Assembly: GCA_964016885.1 (NCBI GenBank)
Contig: OZ024744.1
Span: 43,338,001 to 43,402,000 of the forward strand
Reading direction: 5' to 3'
DNA: 64,000 bases
Source of the DNA: Eledone cirrhosa
Taxonomy: Eukaryota
Made by a program: the position numbers and the translations under genes. The notes below the pieces were generated by a model. The model did not search any database. It was not told the DNA's origin and saw nothing but the letters and a program-made list of their open reading frames with translations. Every line of letters starts with the position of its first letter. Position 1 is the stretch's first letter. This document shows, piece by piece, positions 29,177-42,946 of this stretch.

Positions 29177-30914
29177 GAGAGAATGGATAAATTACTGAAT
29201 AACTTATTAGATGATGTTCAAACTATAACTTACCCTTTTTAGTTGATTTTGCCTCCATTGAAGCAATGCGAGGGGACTGTGTAATATGGTCACCTAGAAC
29301 ATATAAACAAAATCATAGTAAACCTACATGTATATATACAAATAACATTACAAATACAGGAAACAGTTATTAGATTTATTATCTCTGATATATACATATA
29401 TACACCAGGTCCAAACATATATGGACCAAACTCCCACTGCCACTGCCATTTATATATATATATTTATATATACTGAAAGGATTCAGGACGCCAACTACTT
29501 AGATCCGTAAATATACATTTACTACTAAATTTTCTATAATCATGGCAACAGTCCTAATAAAGCAAATTTATTCTTACATACACACACACAGAGATTGCAC
29601 ACTCACAAACTCACACTCACACAAACACAAACAGAGCTCACACACACTCAAAAAAGCATCACTGGTGAAACACACCCAAACAGGTACACAATGAATTAAT
29701 ATACAACCCAATATACCTATATGTATACATCAACATACACATAATACCAACATCACTTCACTTATATATGTACATACAATTTTATTCAATGGGTCCACCT
29801 AACACATTACATAAACTTAGGATGTATACAGATTTACAATATAACGTCAATTTGATATTAATGTTGAAACACGTGTAATAGTTTTCTGTACTAACTGGTA
29901 GGAATGGGTTTGAAATACAACTTACTTTCTTTTGATCCACCTCTTATGTGTGTGCCTGAGTCAGAGACAAGGATCTCTACAGGAGTCACACCTGGAAAAA
30001 TATACAGAAGAAAAGAATAATAAAAGCTAGAAGGCTTTCTTGAGAAGAGTTTGTTGTCAAGTTGAAGAAAGAGTAGAATGAGTTGTCATTTGTTTAATCA
30101 ACTAGATCAAATTATACGGTTTGATCTCTCAAGGACATGCTTACTTTTCCCACAAATCTAAAACTTCCAAAAAGAGTAAAGTGTGGTTAGTCATATTTGG
30201 GATGTCTTGAATTATGAGAGAAACATTCTACAGTTTCCTACTGGTCCTTAAAATCAGATTTATATAGTGGTTTACCAAATATTTAGGGTACTGGCAGATG
30301 CAGTGGAGAAGAGGATGCAGCATATGAACAATGAAGGGTGACAAGAAATTGTGAAGAACTGTAGGATAAAATCTTGATAAAGAAGAGAATACTGATCTCT
30401 GAAATAATTCAATCTAACTCAATGAATCTAGTGTAATATTTATCTTCTCATTTGAATCACATGTAATGTCATTCTTTCTCAGTTATCTCTGATAATGCCC
30501 TAAAAAAGTCTAGCTATACTTTTGTCATCATTAAAAGGTCTTTGAGGAAGTCAATAAAATGTTTATTCTGGATTATTTTATAGAGGTTGTAATAGAGAGT
30601 TTGATATTGTTGACTGAATTAAGTAGTTATAAATTTACTGTTGAAAACCTAAATAAGTTACTGAATAACTTATTACATGATGTTTAAATTATAACTTACG
30701 CTTTTGAGAAGTTTCAGGCTTCATTGCAGCACTGGGAGGGTACACGGTAATATGGTCACCTAGAATATATAAACAACATCATAGTAAACCTACATGTATA
30801 TATATAAAAAACATTACAAATACATGGAATCAGTTATTAGATTGATTATCTCTGATATATAGATATATACACCAGGTGCAAAGACATATGGACCAAACTC
30901 CCACTGTCCCTCAC

Positions 30915-30952
<38 letters not shown>

Positions 30953-33900
30953 ATATATATATACAATATTAAATAAATGGAAACTATATTTATAAAACCA
31001 TATATTTCATTATATATATTTCGGGGATATCATATTAACAATATGCTATGCCTTCCTCAGACAAAATACAATATAAACAGTTTTATAGATAAATAGATTC
31101 GACATACCGTTATAACACCGACTTCCATTTGAAGAGGTTTAAGCTGGCAGTGAAAAAATTTTACACAGAGAGAAAGAAAGAGAGAAAAAAGAAAGAAAGA
31201 CAGAAAACGAAGAAAAGGAAGAAAAAGAAGAAATGCATGGAACAAAAAAGAGAGATGGAAAGATAGATAGAGCGAAGAACTTCATGTAAAGAAACAGAAA
31301 GAGATATATATATAGAGAGAGAGAGGAAATAGAGATAGATACATATATATATAGAAAATTAGGTAGTGGGAGGTCATTTTGAGTAAATGTATCAATGATA
31401 CATTTATTTATTTATTTATTTATTTATTTAGCTCAAGTATTAATGTAAGGAAGATATATAGAGAGAGAAAAAATATAGAGAGAGGAAAAAATAGCGAGAG
31501 AAAAAAATTTAAAAATTAGCCAGATATATTCGAGGCGTAAAACCCTATGTTTTAATGTATTAGTATTTATAAAATTTACACTATATTGTAAATATCAGTA
31601 TTCCTGAATGAGACAAGTATCCATAGTGTGTGAAAATTAATTATCTTATGTTTTGTTTTAAAAAATTCATATGTTTATGTGACAGCTACAAACATCCATG
31701 CGAATCCACATGATTCACTCTGCAAACTCTAAGTTCACGGAAAACAATTTCAATGTGGTATAAAAATTTGAGCATACAAATATGTGTATTATTATTCCTG
31801 TCTTTACTCTACAAGATTATCTATCAAGCAGAAATAGAGAGCAGATTTCAATATACTAATAAAAATATATATCAGAAACAAAACTAAAAAAATAAAAATA
31901 TAAAAAGATAACAATAATAATAATAAATAAAATAAGTAATAATAAAATAGAAAACTAAAAAAAAAAATATTACGAAAGAATATTACATAATAAAAATATT
32001 ACATATTAAAAATATTACGTATTAAAAAATATTACGTATTAAAAATTTACATATTAAAGATATTAAAAATAAAAATAAAAAATAAAAAATAATTATAAAA
32101 TACTACAATAATAAAAAATAAAAATAAAAATAAACCACAAAGATCAACCCTTCAAAGTTAATTGACAATATATTGCCAAGTTCATTACAAGACAAAGCCA
32201 AAAAATTATCTATCAAATCACATCTAGCAAAGATCATTTCAAAAAGTTTATGATGTCCAAATTGGTCTACATATGTTCTTATATTTAATATAGAAGTTTA
32301 TCTAGTGTAAGGTTTATTCAAAAAATTTGGAGCATCAGCTTTTAGGGTAGCTTAATTTTTCATGAGGAATGTTTAAATAAAAATAAAATAAAAATAAACA
32401 ATAAAAAAGAATAAAAAGAAGGAATCAAAAATTTAGGAATCAAAAATTTATCGGCTAGTTTCCCATATAAATATAAATCAAACTAAATATACTACATTTT
32501 AAATTTAAATTTATATTTAAACGTTGAGTTTAATCTATGTTTGCAACAACTGAATAAATTTGTCCGTAGGTTAAGGGAATTTTTAGATTTTAGTATAAAG
32601 AATATCTCCTCTGCGCAGAGGTCACATGTCTCAGAGGATGAATTAAAAGGAATCCCTCTTGAGACTATATTCCAAGCCATCGAATATCTAACGTTATCTA
32701 GCTTAAGTTGCCAGAGTACGCCTGATAGTGCCGTTGAAGATTTTTTACTTGGATCTGTGAAAGAATTCTTGTGGTTATTATAGCGAAGTTTAAATTCCGT
32801 CGATGTGGAACCGACGTAGTTAAAAGAATTAGAGTCAGTATTAACATTACAATTGTATACTACATTTTTAACTAAGCAGTTGTTATTTAACGGACATTTA
32901 GATCTATCTCTACAGTTACATTTGTTAACTTGTATATTATTTATGCTATTATCACTAGGTTTTAAGTTCCTATTATTTATTCTATTAATATTTTGTGCTA
33001 AATTTTTGGTGGATGAGTAGGTTAATTTAATTGTATGCCTATTGAAAATTGAGTGATACCTATGTGTTCTAGGGAAGCGATTATCAAGAGCTTTGAAAAA
33101 TAATTTAGCGATGTGGGTTTTAATGTTTAGTGATAAAGGGGGGGGCAAACCAAATTATGTTCCTAGTTCTATTTCTTTTTTGGCCTTTGGAATTATTGTA
33201 ATGCTTTCTATTATAGTTGTTAATGTTGTTGCCGTAATTAAAAAAGTTGTTACTTTGTTTAGTTTGTCTATCATTATCTATGTACACAATCTTATCAGCA
33301 TATCCTGCCCTAGCTAATGCTTCATTATAGTATTGGGCCTTTTCGTCGAAAATCTTTCTATTCGACGAGATCCTAGATATACGTTTTTGAACTGAGTTTA
33401 CTATAGTGTTTTTGACAGATCTGGGGTGGTTAGAGTTAAAGTTGACATAGTTTAAGTTTTCATTCAACTTGTGAAAAGGATAGTGGAGACATGTGTTGAG
33501 ATTTAATGTTATATCTAGGAAATTGACTATTCTATGGTTGTTCTCAATTTCTATTTTAAGGTTAAAGTAATTAAAAAATTTTGTAATTTGTTTACATTTT
33601 CTATTTAGTTCAGGGTTATTATTATTAATAAGTAAAAGCATGTCATCCCTATATAAACCTCCGGTAGTACCAGGTATTTTCCTATGTAGCGAATTGATTA
33701 AAAATAAGCCCACAAGGTCAGTTACCTGAGCTGAGTCGGAAGATCCCATAGTTATGTCAAAATTGCTATCTCTATCTGCTCTGGTCCATAATTTGTCATT
33801 AAATTCTATCAAAGTTTTCCTAGCCGATAATATAATATGCATTTCTTTGCTAGTTAGGTCAGTATGTTTGAATGCGTAATTTAGTGCCTTATTTAGTAGA

Positions 33901-36900
33901 CTAGGGGTAATAGAAGAATAATAGTTAGCTATATCAAGTTGAATAAACCTATTATTATTGTTATATTTAATTTGCCTAAACCACTCAACAACCTCTCCAG
34001 TTCCCTTCCACAAGCTCAGGTTAGATACACAATCCAAGTTCTTAATTTGCTGTATCACCCTGTCAAGAATGTTTTTGCTTAATTTGCCCAGGTCCGATTT
34101 TGAAGGTGCGATCAATCTAACTGGCAGGTCATTTTCAAAATTCCTCTTGTGGTCCTTCATATTGATCTTCGGTTTCCTGGGCATGAAAGGTTGTGTTCTG
34201 TTCTCAATTTCCAACTCGTGCATTATACAAGATGCTTCGACATTCATTTTCTCAAGTTCGGCCTTATCTGCTACCTTGTACTTTTTCCTCAGCTCTTTCA
34301 GTATGAGGCCATTATACATGTCTTTCCGCACTCCATAGAGGTTGTTGGTCTTGTCAGATTTCACCAAGATCTTCTCAGTTTTCTCTAAGCTCTCAATGTT
34401 ATCCTTAATGCCTTTCAGATATTCCTGGCCTTTGAAGTTTCTCTTGAATTTGACCCCTTGTATGATAGAAATTATATCGTTTTCAAAGTCAGATAAAAGT
34501 TTGTTAGGGGGTGGATTTCTTTTAGATTTGAAAACTTTGTTTAAGTCCGAGACATTTTCGTCTGCATTAGATTTATCAAAGTGGAATGCACGCCACCTGA
34601 TTCTCCTTATAAAAGAGTCAGATTTATCTATTAATTGTTTTATAAAGTCTTTGTTTCTAGGTAGAGGTATGTCTTTTAGAGAGGAAGTAATCTTAAAGAA
34701 TTCCATTTTTCCAGTTATAATATAAAGCGCTCAACAGTATTGGAGCAAGATACATGGAAAGTTATATTTAAAATTGTTGGGTTACAACTAGTAAATATTT
34801 ATAACTGATATAAAAGCACTCGACAAATATTTGGAGTATATTTACAATATTAGATAAATGGAAACTATATTTATAAAACCATATTTATTTCATTATATAT
34901 ATTTCGGGGATATCATATTAACAATATGCTATGCCTTCCTCAGACAAAATACAATATAAACAGTTTTATAGATAAATAGATTCGACATACCGTTATAACA
35001 CCGACTTCCATTTGAAGAGGTTTAAGCTGGCAGTGAAAAAATTTTACACAGAGAGAAAGAAAGAGAGAAAAAAGAAAGAAAGACAGAAAACGAAGAAAAG
35101 GAAGAAAAAGAAGAAATGCATGGAACAAAAAAGAGAGATGGAAAGATAGATAGAGCGAAGAACTTCATGTAAAGAAACAGAAAGAGATATATATATATAT
35201 AGAGAGAGAGGAAATAGAGATAGATACATATATATATAGAAAATTAGGTAGTGGGAGGTCATTTTGAGTAAATGTATCAATGATACATTTATTTATTTAT
35301 TTATTTATTTAGCTCAAGTATTAATGTAAGAGAGATATATAGAGAGAGAAAAAATATAGAGAGAGGAAAAAATAGCGAGAGAAAAAAATTTAAAAAATAG
35401 CCAGATATATTCGAGGCGTAAAACCCTATGTTTTAATGTATTAGTATTTATAAAACTTACACTATATTGTAAATATCAGTATTCCTGAATGAGACAAGTA
35501 TCCATAGTGTGTGAAAATTTTTTCACTGCCAGCTTAAACCTCTTCAAATGGAAGTCGGTGTTATAACGGTATGTCGAATCTATTTATCTATAAAACTGTT
35601 TATATTGTATTTTGTCTGAGGAAGGCATAGCATATTGTTAATATGATATCCCCGAAATATATATAATGAAATAAATATGGTTTTATAAATATAGTTTCCA
35701 TTTATTTAATATTGTAAATATACTCCAAATATTTGTCGAGTGCTTTTATATCAGTTATAAATATTTACTAGTTGTAACCCAACAATTTTAAATATAACTT
35801 TCCATATATATATTTATATATAGAGAGAATGGATAAATTACTGAATAACTTATTAGATGATGTTCAAACTATAACTTACCCTTTTTAGTTGATTTTGCCT
35901 CCATTGAAGCAATGCGAGGGGACTGTGTAATATGGTCACCTAGAATATATAAACAAAATCATAGTAAACCTACATGTATATATACAAATAACATTACAAA
36001 TACAGGAAACAGTTATTAGATTTATTATCTCTGATATATACATATATACACCAGGTCCAAACATATATGGACCAAACTCCCACTGCCACTGCCATTTATA
36101 TATATATATTTATATATAGTGAAAGGATTCAGGACGCCAACTACTTAGATCCGTAAATATACATTTACTACTAAATTTTCTATAATCATGGCAACAGTCC
36201 TAATAAAGCAAATATATTCTTACCTACTTGCACACTCACAAACTCACACTCACACAAACACAAACAGGGCTCACACACACTCAAAAAAGCATCACCGGTG
36301 AAACACACCCAAACAGGTACACAATGAATTAATATACAACCCAATATACCTATATGTATACATCAACATACACATAATACCAACATCACTTCACTTATAT
36401 ATGTACACACAATTTTATTCAATAGGTCCACCATACACATTACATAAACTTAGAATGTATACAAATATACAATATAACGTCAATTTGATATTAATGTTGA
36501 AACATGTGTAATAGTTTTCTGTACTAACTGGTAGGAATGGGTTTGAAATACAACTTACTTTCTTTTGATCCACCTCTTATGTGTGTGCCTGAGTCAGAGA
36601 CAAGGATCTCTACAGGAGTCACACCTGGAAAAAAATATACAGAAGAAAAGAATAATAAAAGCTAGAAGGCTTTCTTGAGAAGAGTTTGTTGTCAAGTTGA
36701 AGAAAGGGTAGAATGAGTTGTCATTTGTTTAATCAACTAGATCAAATTATACGGTTTGTTCTCTCAAGGACATGCTTACTTTTCCCACAAATCTAAAACT
36801 TCCAAAAGGAGTAAAGTGTGGTTAGTCATATGTGGGATGTCTTGAATTATGAGAGAAACATTCTACAGTTTCCTACTGGTCCTTAAAATCAGATTTATAT

Positions 36901-37545
36901 AGTGGTTTACCAAATATTTAGGGTAGTGGCAGATGTAGTGGAGAAGAGGATGCAGCGTATGAACAATGAAGGGTGACAAGAAATTGGGAAGAAATGTAGG
37001 ACAAAGTTTTGATAAAGAAGAAAATACTGATCTCTGAAATAATTCAAACTACCTCAATGAATCTTGTGCAACATTTATTTCTCATTTGAATCACATGTAA
37101 TGTCATTCTTTCTCAGCTATCTCTGATAATGCCCTAAAAAAGTCTAGCTATACTTTTGTCATCATTACAAGGTCTTTGAGGAAGTCAATAAAATGTTTAT
37201 TCTGGATTATTTTATGGAGGTTGTAATACAGAGTTTGATATTGTTGACTGAATTAAGTAGTTATAAATTTACTGTTGAAAACCTAAATAAGTTACTGAAT
37301 AACTTATTACATGATGTTTAAATTATAACTTACTCTTTTGAGTAGTTTCAGGCTTCATTGCAGCACTGGGAAGGTACACGGTAATATGGTCACCTAGAAT
37401 ATATAAACAACATCATAGTAAACCTACATGTATATATACAAATAACATTACAAATACATGGAATCAGTTATTAGATTGATTATCTCTGATAAATACATAT
37501 ATACAACAGGTGCAAACACATAGGGACCAAAGTCCCACTGTCCCT

Positions 37546-37598
<53 letters not shown>

Positions 37599-39350
37599 AT
37601 ATATTTATATATAGAGAGAATGGATAAATTACTGAATAACTTATTAGATGATGTTCAAACTATAACTTACCCTTTTTAGTTGATTTTGCCTCCATTGAAG
37701 CAATGCGAGGGGACTGTGTAATATGGTCACCTAGAATATATAAACAAAATCATAGTAAACCTACATGTATATATACAAATAACATTACAAATACAGGAAA
37801 CAGATATTAGATTCATTATCTCTGATATATACATATATACACCAGGTCCAAACATATATGGACCAAACTCCCACTGCCACTGCCATTTATATATATATAT
37901 TTATATATAGTGAAAGGATTCAGGACGCCAACTGCTTAGATCTGTAAATATACATTTACTACTAAATTTTCTATAATCATGGCAACAGTCCTAATAAAGC
38001 AAATTTATTCTTACATACACACACACAGAGATTGCACACTCACAAACTCACACTCACACAAACACAAACAAGGCGCACACACACTCAAAAAAGCATCACC
38101 GGTGAAACACACCCAAACAGGTACACAATGAATTAATATACAACCCAATATACCTATATGTATACATCAACATACACATAATACCAACATCACTTCACTT
38201 ATATATGTACACACAATTTTATTCAATGGGTCCACCTAACACATTACATAAACTTAGGATGTATACAGATTTACAATATAACGTCAATTTGATATTAATG
38301 TTGAAACACGTGTAATAGTTTTCTGTACTAACTGGTAGGAATCGGTTTGAAATACAACTTACTTTCTTTTGATCCACCTCTTATGTGTGTGCCTGAGTCA
38401 GAGACAAGGATCTCTACAGGAGTCACACCTGGAAAAATATACAGAAGAAAAGAATAATAAAAGCTAGAAGGCTTTCTTGAGAAGAGTTTGTTGTCAAGTT
38501 GAAGAAAGGGTAGAATGAGTTGTCATTTGTTTAATCAACTAGATCAAATTATACGGTTTGATCTCTCAAGGACATGCTTACTTTTCCCACAAATCTAAAA
38601 CTTCCAAAAAGAGTAAAGTGTGGTTAGTCATATTTGGGATGTCTTGAATTATGAGAGAAACATTCTACAGTTTCCTACTGGTCCTTAAAATCAGATTTAT
38701 ATAGTGGTTTACCAAATATTTAGGGTACTGGCAGATGTAGTGGAGAAGAGGATGCAGCATATGAACAATGAAGTGTGACAAGAAATTGTGAAGAACTGTA
38801 GGATAAAATCTTGATAAAGAAGAGAATACTGATCTCTGAAATAATTCAATCTAACTCAATGAATCTAGTGTAACATTTATCTTCTCATTTGAATCACATG
38901 TAATGTCATTCTTTCTCAGTTATCTCTGATAATGCCCTAAAAAAGTCTAGCTATACTTTTGTCATCATTAAAAGGTCTTTGAGGAAGTCAATAAAATGTT
39001 TATTCTGGATTATTTTATGGAGGTTGTAATAGAGAGTTTGATATTGTTGACTGAATTAAGTAGTTATAAATTTACTGTTGAAAACCTAAATAAGTTACTG
39101 AATAACTTATTACATGATGTTTAAATTATAACTTCCGCTTTTGAGAAGTTTCAGGCTTCATTGCAGCACTGGGAGGGTACACGGTAATATGGTCACCTAG
39201 AATATATAAACAACATCATAGTAAACCTACATGTATATATATAAAAAACATTACAAATACATGGAATCAGTTATTAGATTGATTATCTCTGATATATAGA
39301 TATATACACCAGGTGCAAAGACATATGGACCAAACTCCCACTGTCCCTCG

Positions 39351-39412
<62 letters not shown>

Positions 39413-41139
39413 GAGAGAATGGATAAATTACTGAATAACTTATTAGATGATGTTCAAACTATAACTTACCCTTTTTAGTTGATTTTTGCCTCCATTGAAG
39501 CAATGCGAGGGGACTGTGTAATATGGTCACCTAGAATATATAAACAAAATCATAGTAAACCTACATGTATATATACAAATAACATTACAAATACAGGAAA
39601 CAGTTATTAGATTTATTATCTCTGATATATACATATATACACCAGGTCCAAACATATATGGACCAAACTCCCACTGCCACTGCCATTTATATATATATAT
39701 TTATATATAGTGAAAGGATTCAGGACGCCAACTACTTAGATCCGTAAATATACATTTACTACTAAATTTTCTATAATCATGGCAACAGTCCTAATAAAGC
39801 AAATATATTCTTACCTACTTGCACACTCACAAACTCACACTCACACAAACACAAACAGGGCTCACACACACTAAAAAAAGCATCACCGGTGAAACACACC
39901 GAGACAGGTACACAATGAATTAATATAAACCCAATATACATATATGTATACATCAACATACACATAATACCAACATCACTTCACTTATATATGTACACAC
40001 AATTTTATTCAATAGGTCCACCATACACATTACATAAACTTAGAATGTATACAAATATACAATATAACGTCAATTTGATATTAATGTTGAAACATGTGTA
40101 ATAGTTTTCTGTACTAACTGGTAGGAATGGGTTTGAAATACAACTTACTTTCTTTTGATCCACCTCTTATGTGTGTGCCCGAGTCAGAGACAAGGATCTC
40201 TACAGGAGTCACACCTGGAAAAAAATATACAGAAGAAAAGAATAATAAAAGCTAGAAGGCTTTCTTGAGAAGAGTTTGTTGTCAAGTTGAAGAAAGGGTA
40301 GAATGAGTTGTCATTTGTTTAATCAACTAGATCAAATTATACGGTTTGTTCTCTCAAGGACATGCTTACTTTTCCCACAAATCTAAAACTTCCAAAAGGA
40401 GTAAAGTGTGGTTAGTCATATGTGGGATGTCTTGAATTATGAGAGAAACATTCTACATTATCCTAATGGTCCTTAAAATCAGATTTATATAGTGGTTTAC
40501 CAAATATTTAGGGTACTGGCAGATGTAGTGGAGAAGAGGATGCAGCATATGAACAATGAAGGGTGACAAGAAATTGTGAAGAACTGTAGGTTAAAATTTT
40601 GATAATGAAGAGAAGACTGATCTCTGAAATAATTCAATCTTACTCAATGAATCTAATGTAACATTTATCTTCTCATTTGAATCACATGTAATGTCATTCT
40701 TTCTCAGCTATCTCTGATAATGCCCTAAAAAAGTCTAACTATACTTTTAACATCATTACAAGGTCTTTGAGGAAGTCAATAAAATGTTTATTCTGGATTA
40801 TTTTATGGAGGTTGTAATACAGAGTTTGATATTGTTGACTGAATTAAGTAGTTATGAATTTACTGTTGAAAACCTAAATAAGTTACTGAATAACTTATTA
40901 CATGATGTTTAAATTATAACTTACGCTTTTGAGAAGTTTCAGGCTTCATTGCAGCACTGGGAGGGTACATGGTAATATGGTCACCTAGAATATATAAACA
41001 ACATCATAGTAAACCTACATGTATATATACAAATAACATTACAAATACATGGAATCAGTTATTAGATTGATTATCTCTGATAAATACATATCTACAACAG
41101 GTGCAAACACATATGGACCAAACTCCCACTGTCCCTCGC

Positions 41140-41174
<35 letters not shown>

Positions 41175-42913
41175 GAGAGAATGGATAAATTACTGAATAA
41201 CTTATTAGATGATGTTCAAACTATAACTTACCCTTTTTAGTTGATTTTGCCTCCATTGAAGCAATGCGAGGGGACTGTGTAATATGGTCACCTAGAATAT
41301 ATAAACAAAATCATAGTAAACCTACATGTATATATACAAATAACATTACAAATACAGGAAACAGTTATTAGATTCATTATCTCTGATATATACATATATA
41401 CACCAGGTCCAAACATATATGGACCAAACTCCTACTGCCACTGCCATTTATATATATATATTTATATATAGTGAAAGGATTCAGGACGCCAACTACTTAG
41501 ATCTGTAAATATACATTTACTACTAAATTTTCTATAATCATGGCAACAGTCCTAATAAAGCAAATTTATTCTTACATACACACACACAGAGATTGCACAC
41601 TCACAAACTCACACTCACACAAACACAAACAGGGCTCACACACACTCAAAAAAGCATCACCGGTGAAACACACCCAAACAGGTACACAATGAATTAATAT
41701 ACAACCCAATATACCTATATGTATACATCAACATACACATAATACCAACATCACTTCACTTATATATGTACACACAATTTTATTCAATGGGTCCACCTAA
41801 CACATTACATAAACTTAGGATGTATACAGATTTACAATATAACGTCAATTTGATATTAATGTTGAAACACGTGTAATAGTTTTCTGTACTAACTGGTAGG
41901 AATGGGTTTGAAATACAACTTACTTTCTTTTGATCCACCTCTTATGTGTGTGCCTGAGTCAGAGACAAGGATCTCTACAGGAGTCACACCTGGAAAAAAT
42001 ATACAGAAGAAAAGAATAATAAAAGCTAGAAGGCTTTCTTGAGAAGAGTTTGTTGTCAAGTTGAAGAAAGGGTAGAATGAGTTGTCATTTGTTTAATCAA
42101 CTAGATCAAATTATACGGTTTGATCTCTCAAGGACATGCTTACTTTTCCCACAAATCTAAAACTTCCAAAAAGAGTAAAGTGTGGTTAGTCATATTTGGG
42201 ATGTCTTGAATTATGAGAGAAACATTCTACAGTTTCCTACTGGTCCTTAAAATCGCATTTATATAGTGGTTTACCAAATATTTAGGGTACTGGCAGATGT
42301 AGTGGAGAAGAGGATGCAGCATATGAACAATGAACGGTGACAAGAAATTGTGAAGAACTGTAAGATAAAATCTTGATAAAGAAGAGAATACTGATCTCTG
42401 AAATAATTCAATCTAACTCAATGAATCTAGTGTAACATTTATCTTCTCATTTGAATCAGATGTAATGTCATTCTTTCTCAGTTATCTCTGATAATGCCCT
42501 AAAAAAGTCTAGCTATACTTTTGTCATCATTAAAAGGTCTTTGAGGAAGTCAATAAAATGTTTATTCTGGATTATTTTATGGAGGTTGTAATAGAGAGTT
42601 TGATATTGTTGACTGAATTAAGTAGTTATAAATTTACTGTTGAAAACCTAAATAAGTTACTGAATAACTTATTACATGATGTTTAAATTATAACTTACGC
42701 TTTTGAGAAGTTTCAGGATTCATTGCAGCACTGGGAGGGTACACGGTAATATGGTCACCTAGAATATATAAACAACATCATAGTAAACCTACATGTATAT
42801 ATATAAAAAACATTACAAATACATGGAATCAGTTATTAGATTGATTATCTCTGATATATAGATATATACACTAGGTGCAAAGACATATGGACCAAACTCC
42901 CACTGTCCCTCGC

Positions 42914-42946
<33 letters not shown>

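Larger units (their letters stand above)
30962..35805 (-). mobile_element. Penelope-like retrotransposon (EN+ PLE, Nematis-like) with pseudo-LTRs and 5' inversion, inserted in (TA)n
   Basis: RT and GIY-YIG ORFs, direct repeats 30962-31638/34843-35519, inverted segment 35514-35805. Monomer sequence resumes after the (TA)n on both sides. No recognisable TSD. Confidence 0.95.

Noticed and set aside
32541-34725. Plus-strand ORFs overlapping the PLE ORF
   Set aside because: Antisense shadows of the RT/EN coding sequence with no motifs.
31057-35280. Hydrophobic Phe/Leu-rich ORFs in the pLTRs (31057-31245, 34940-35128, 35044-35280)
   Set aside because: Translation of GA-rich low-complexity sequence; duplicated only because the pLTR is duplicated.
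23879-39530. The +1, -2 and -2 exon indels sum to -3 (compensating frameshifts)
   Set aside because: Each shifted exon hits TAA within itself and the alternative frames of exon C contain TGA, so no read-through frame exists.
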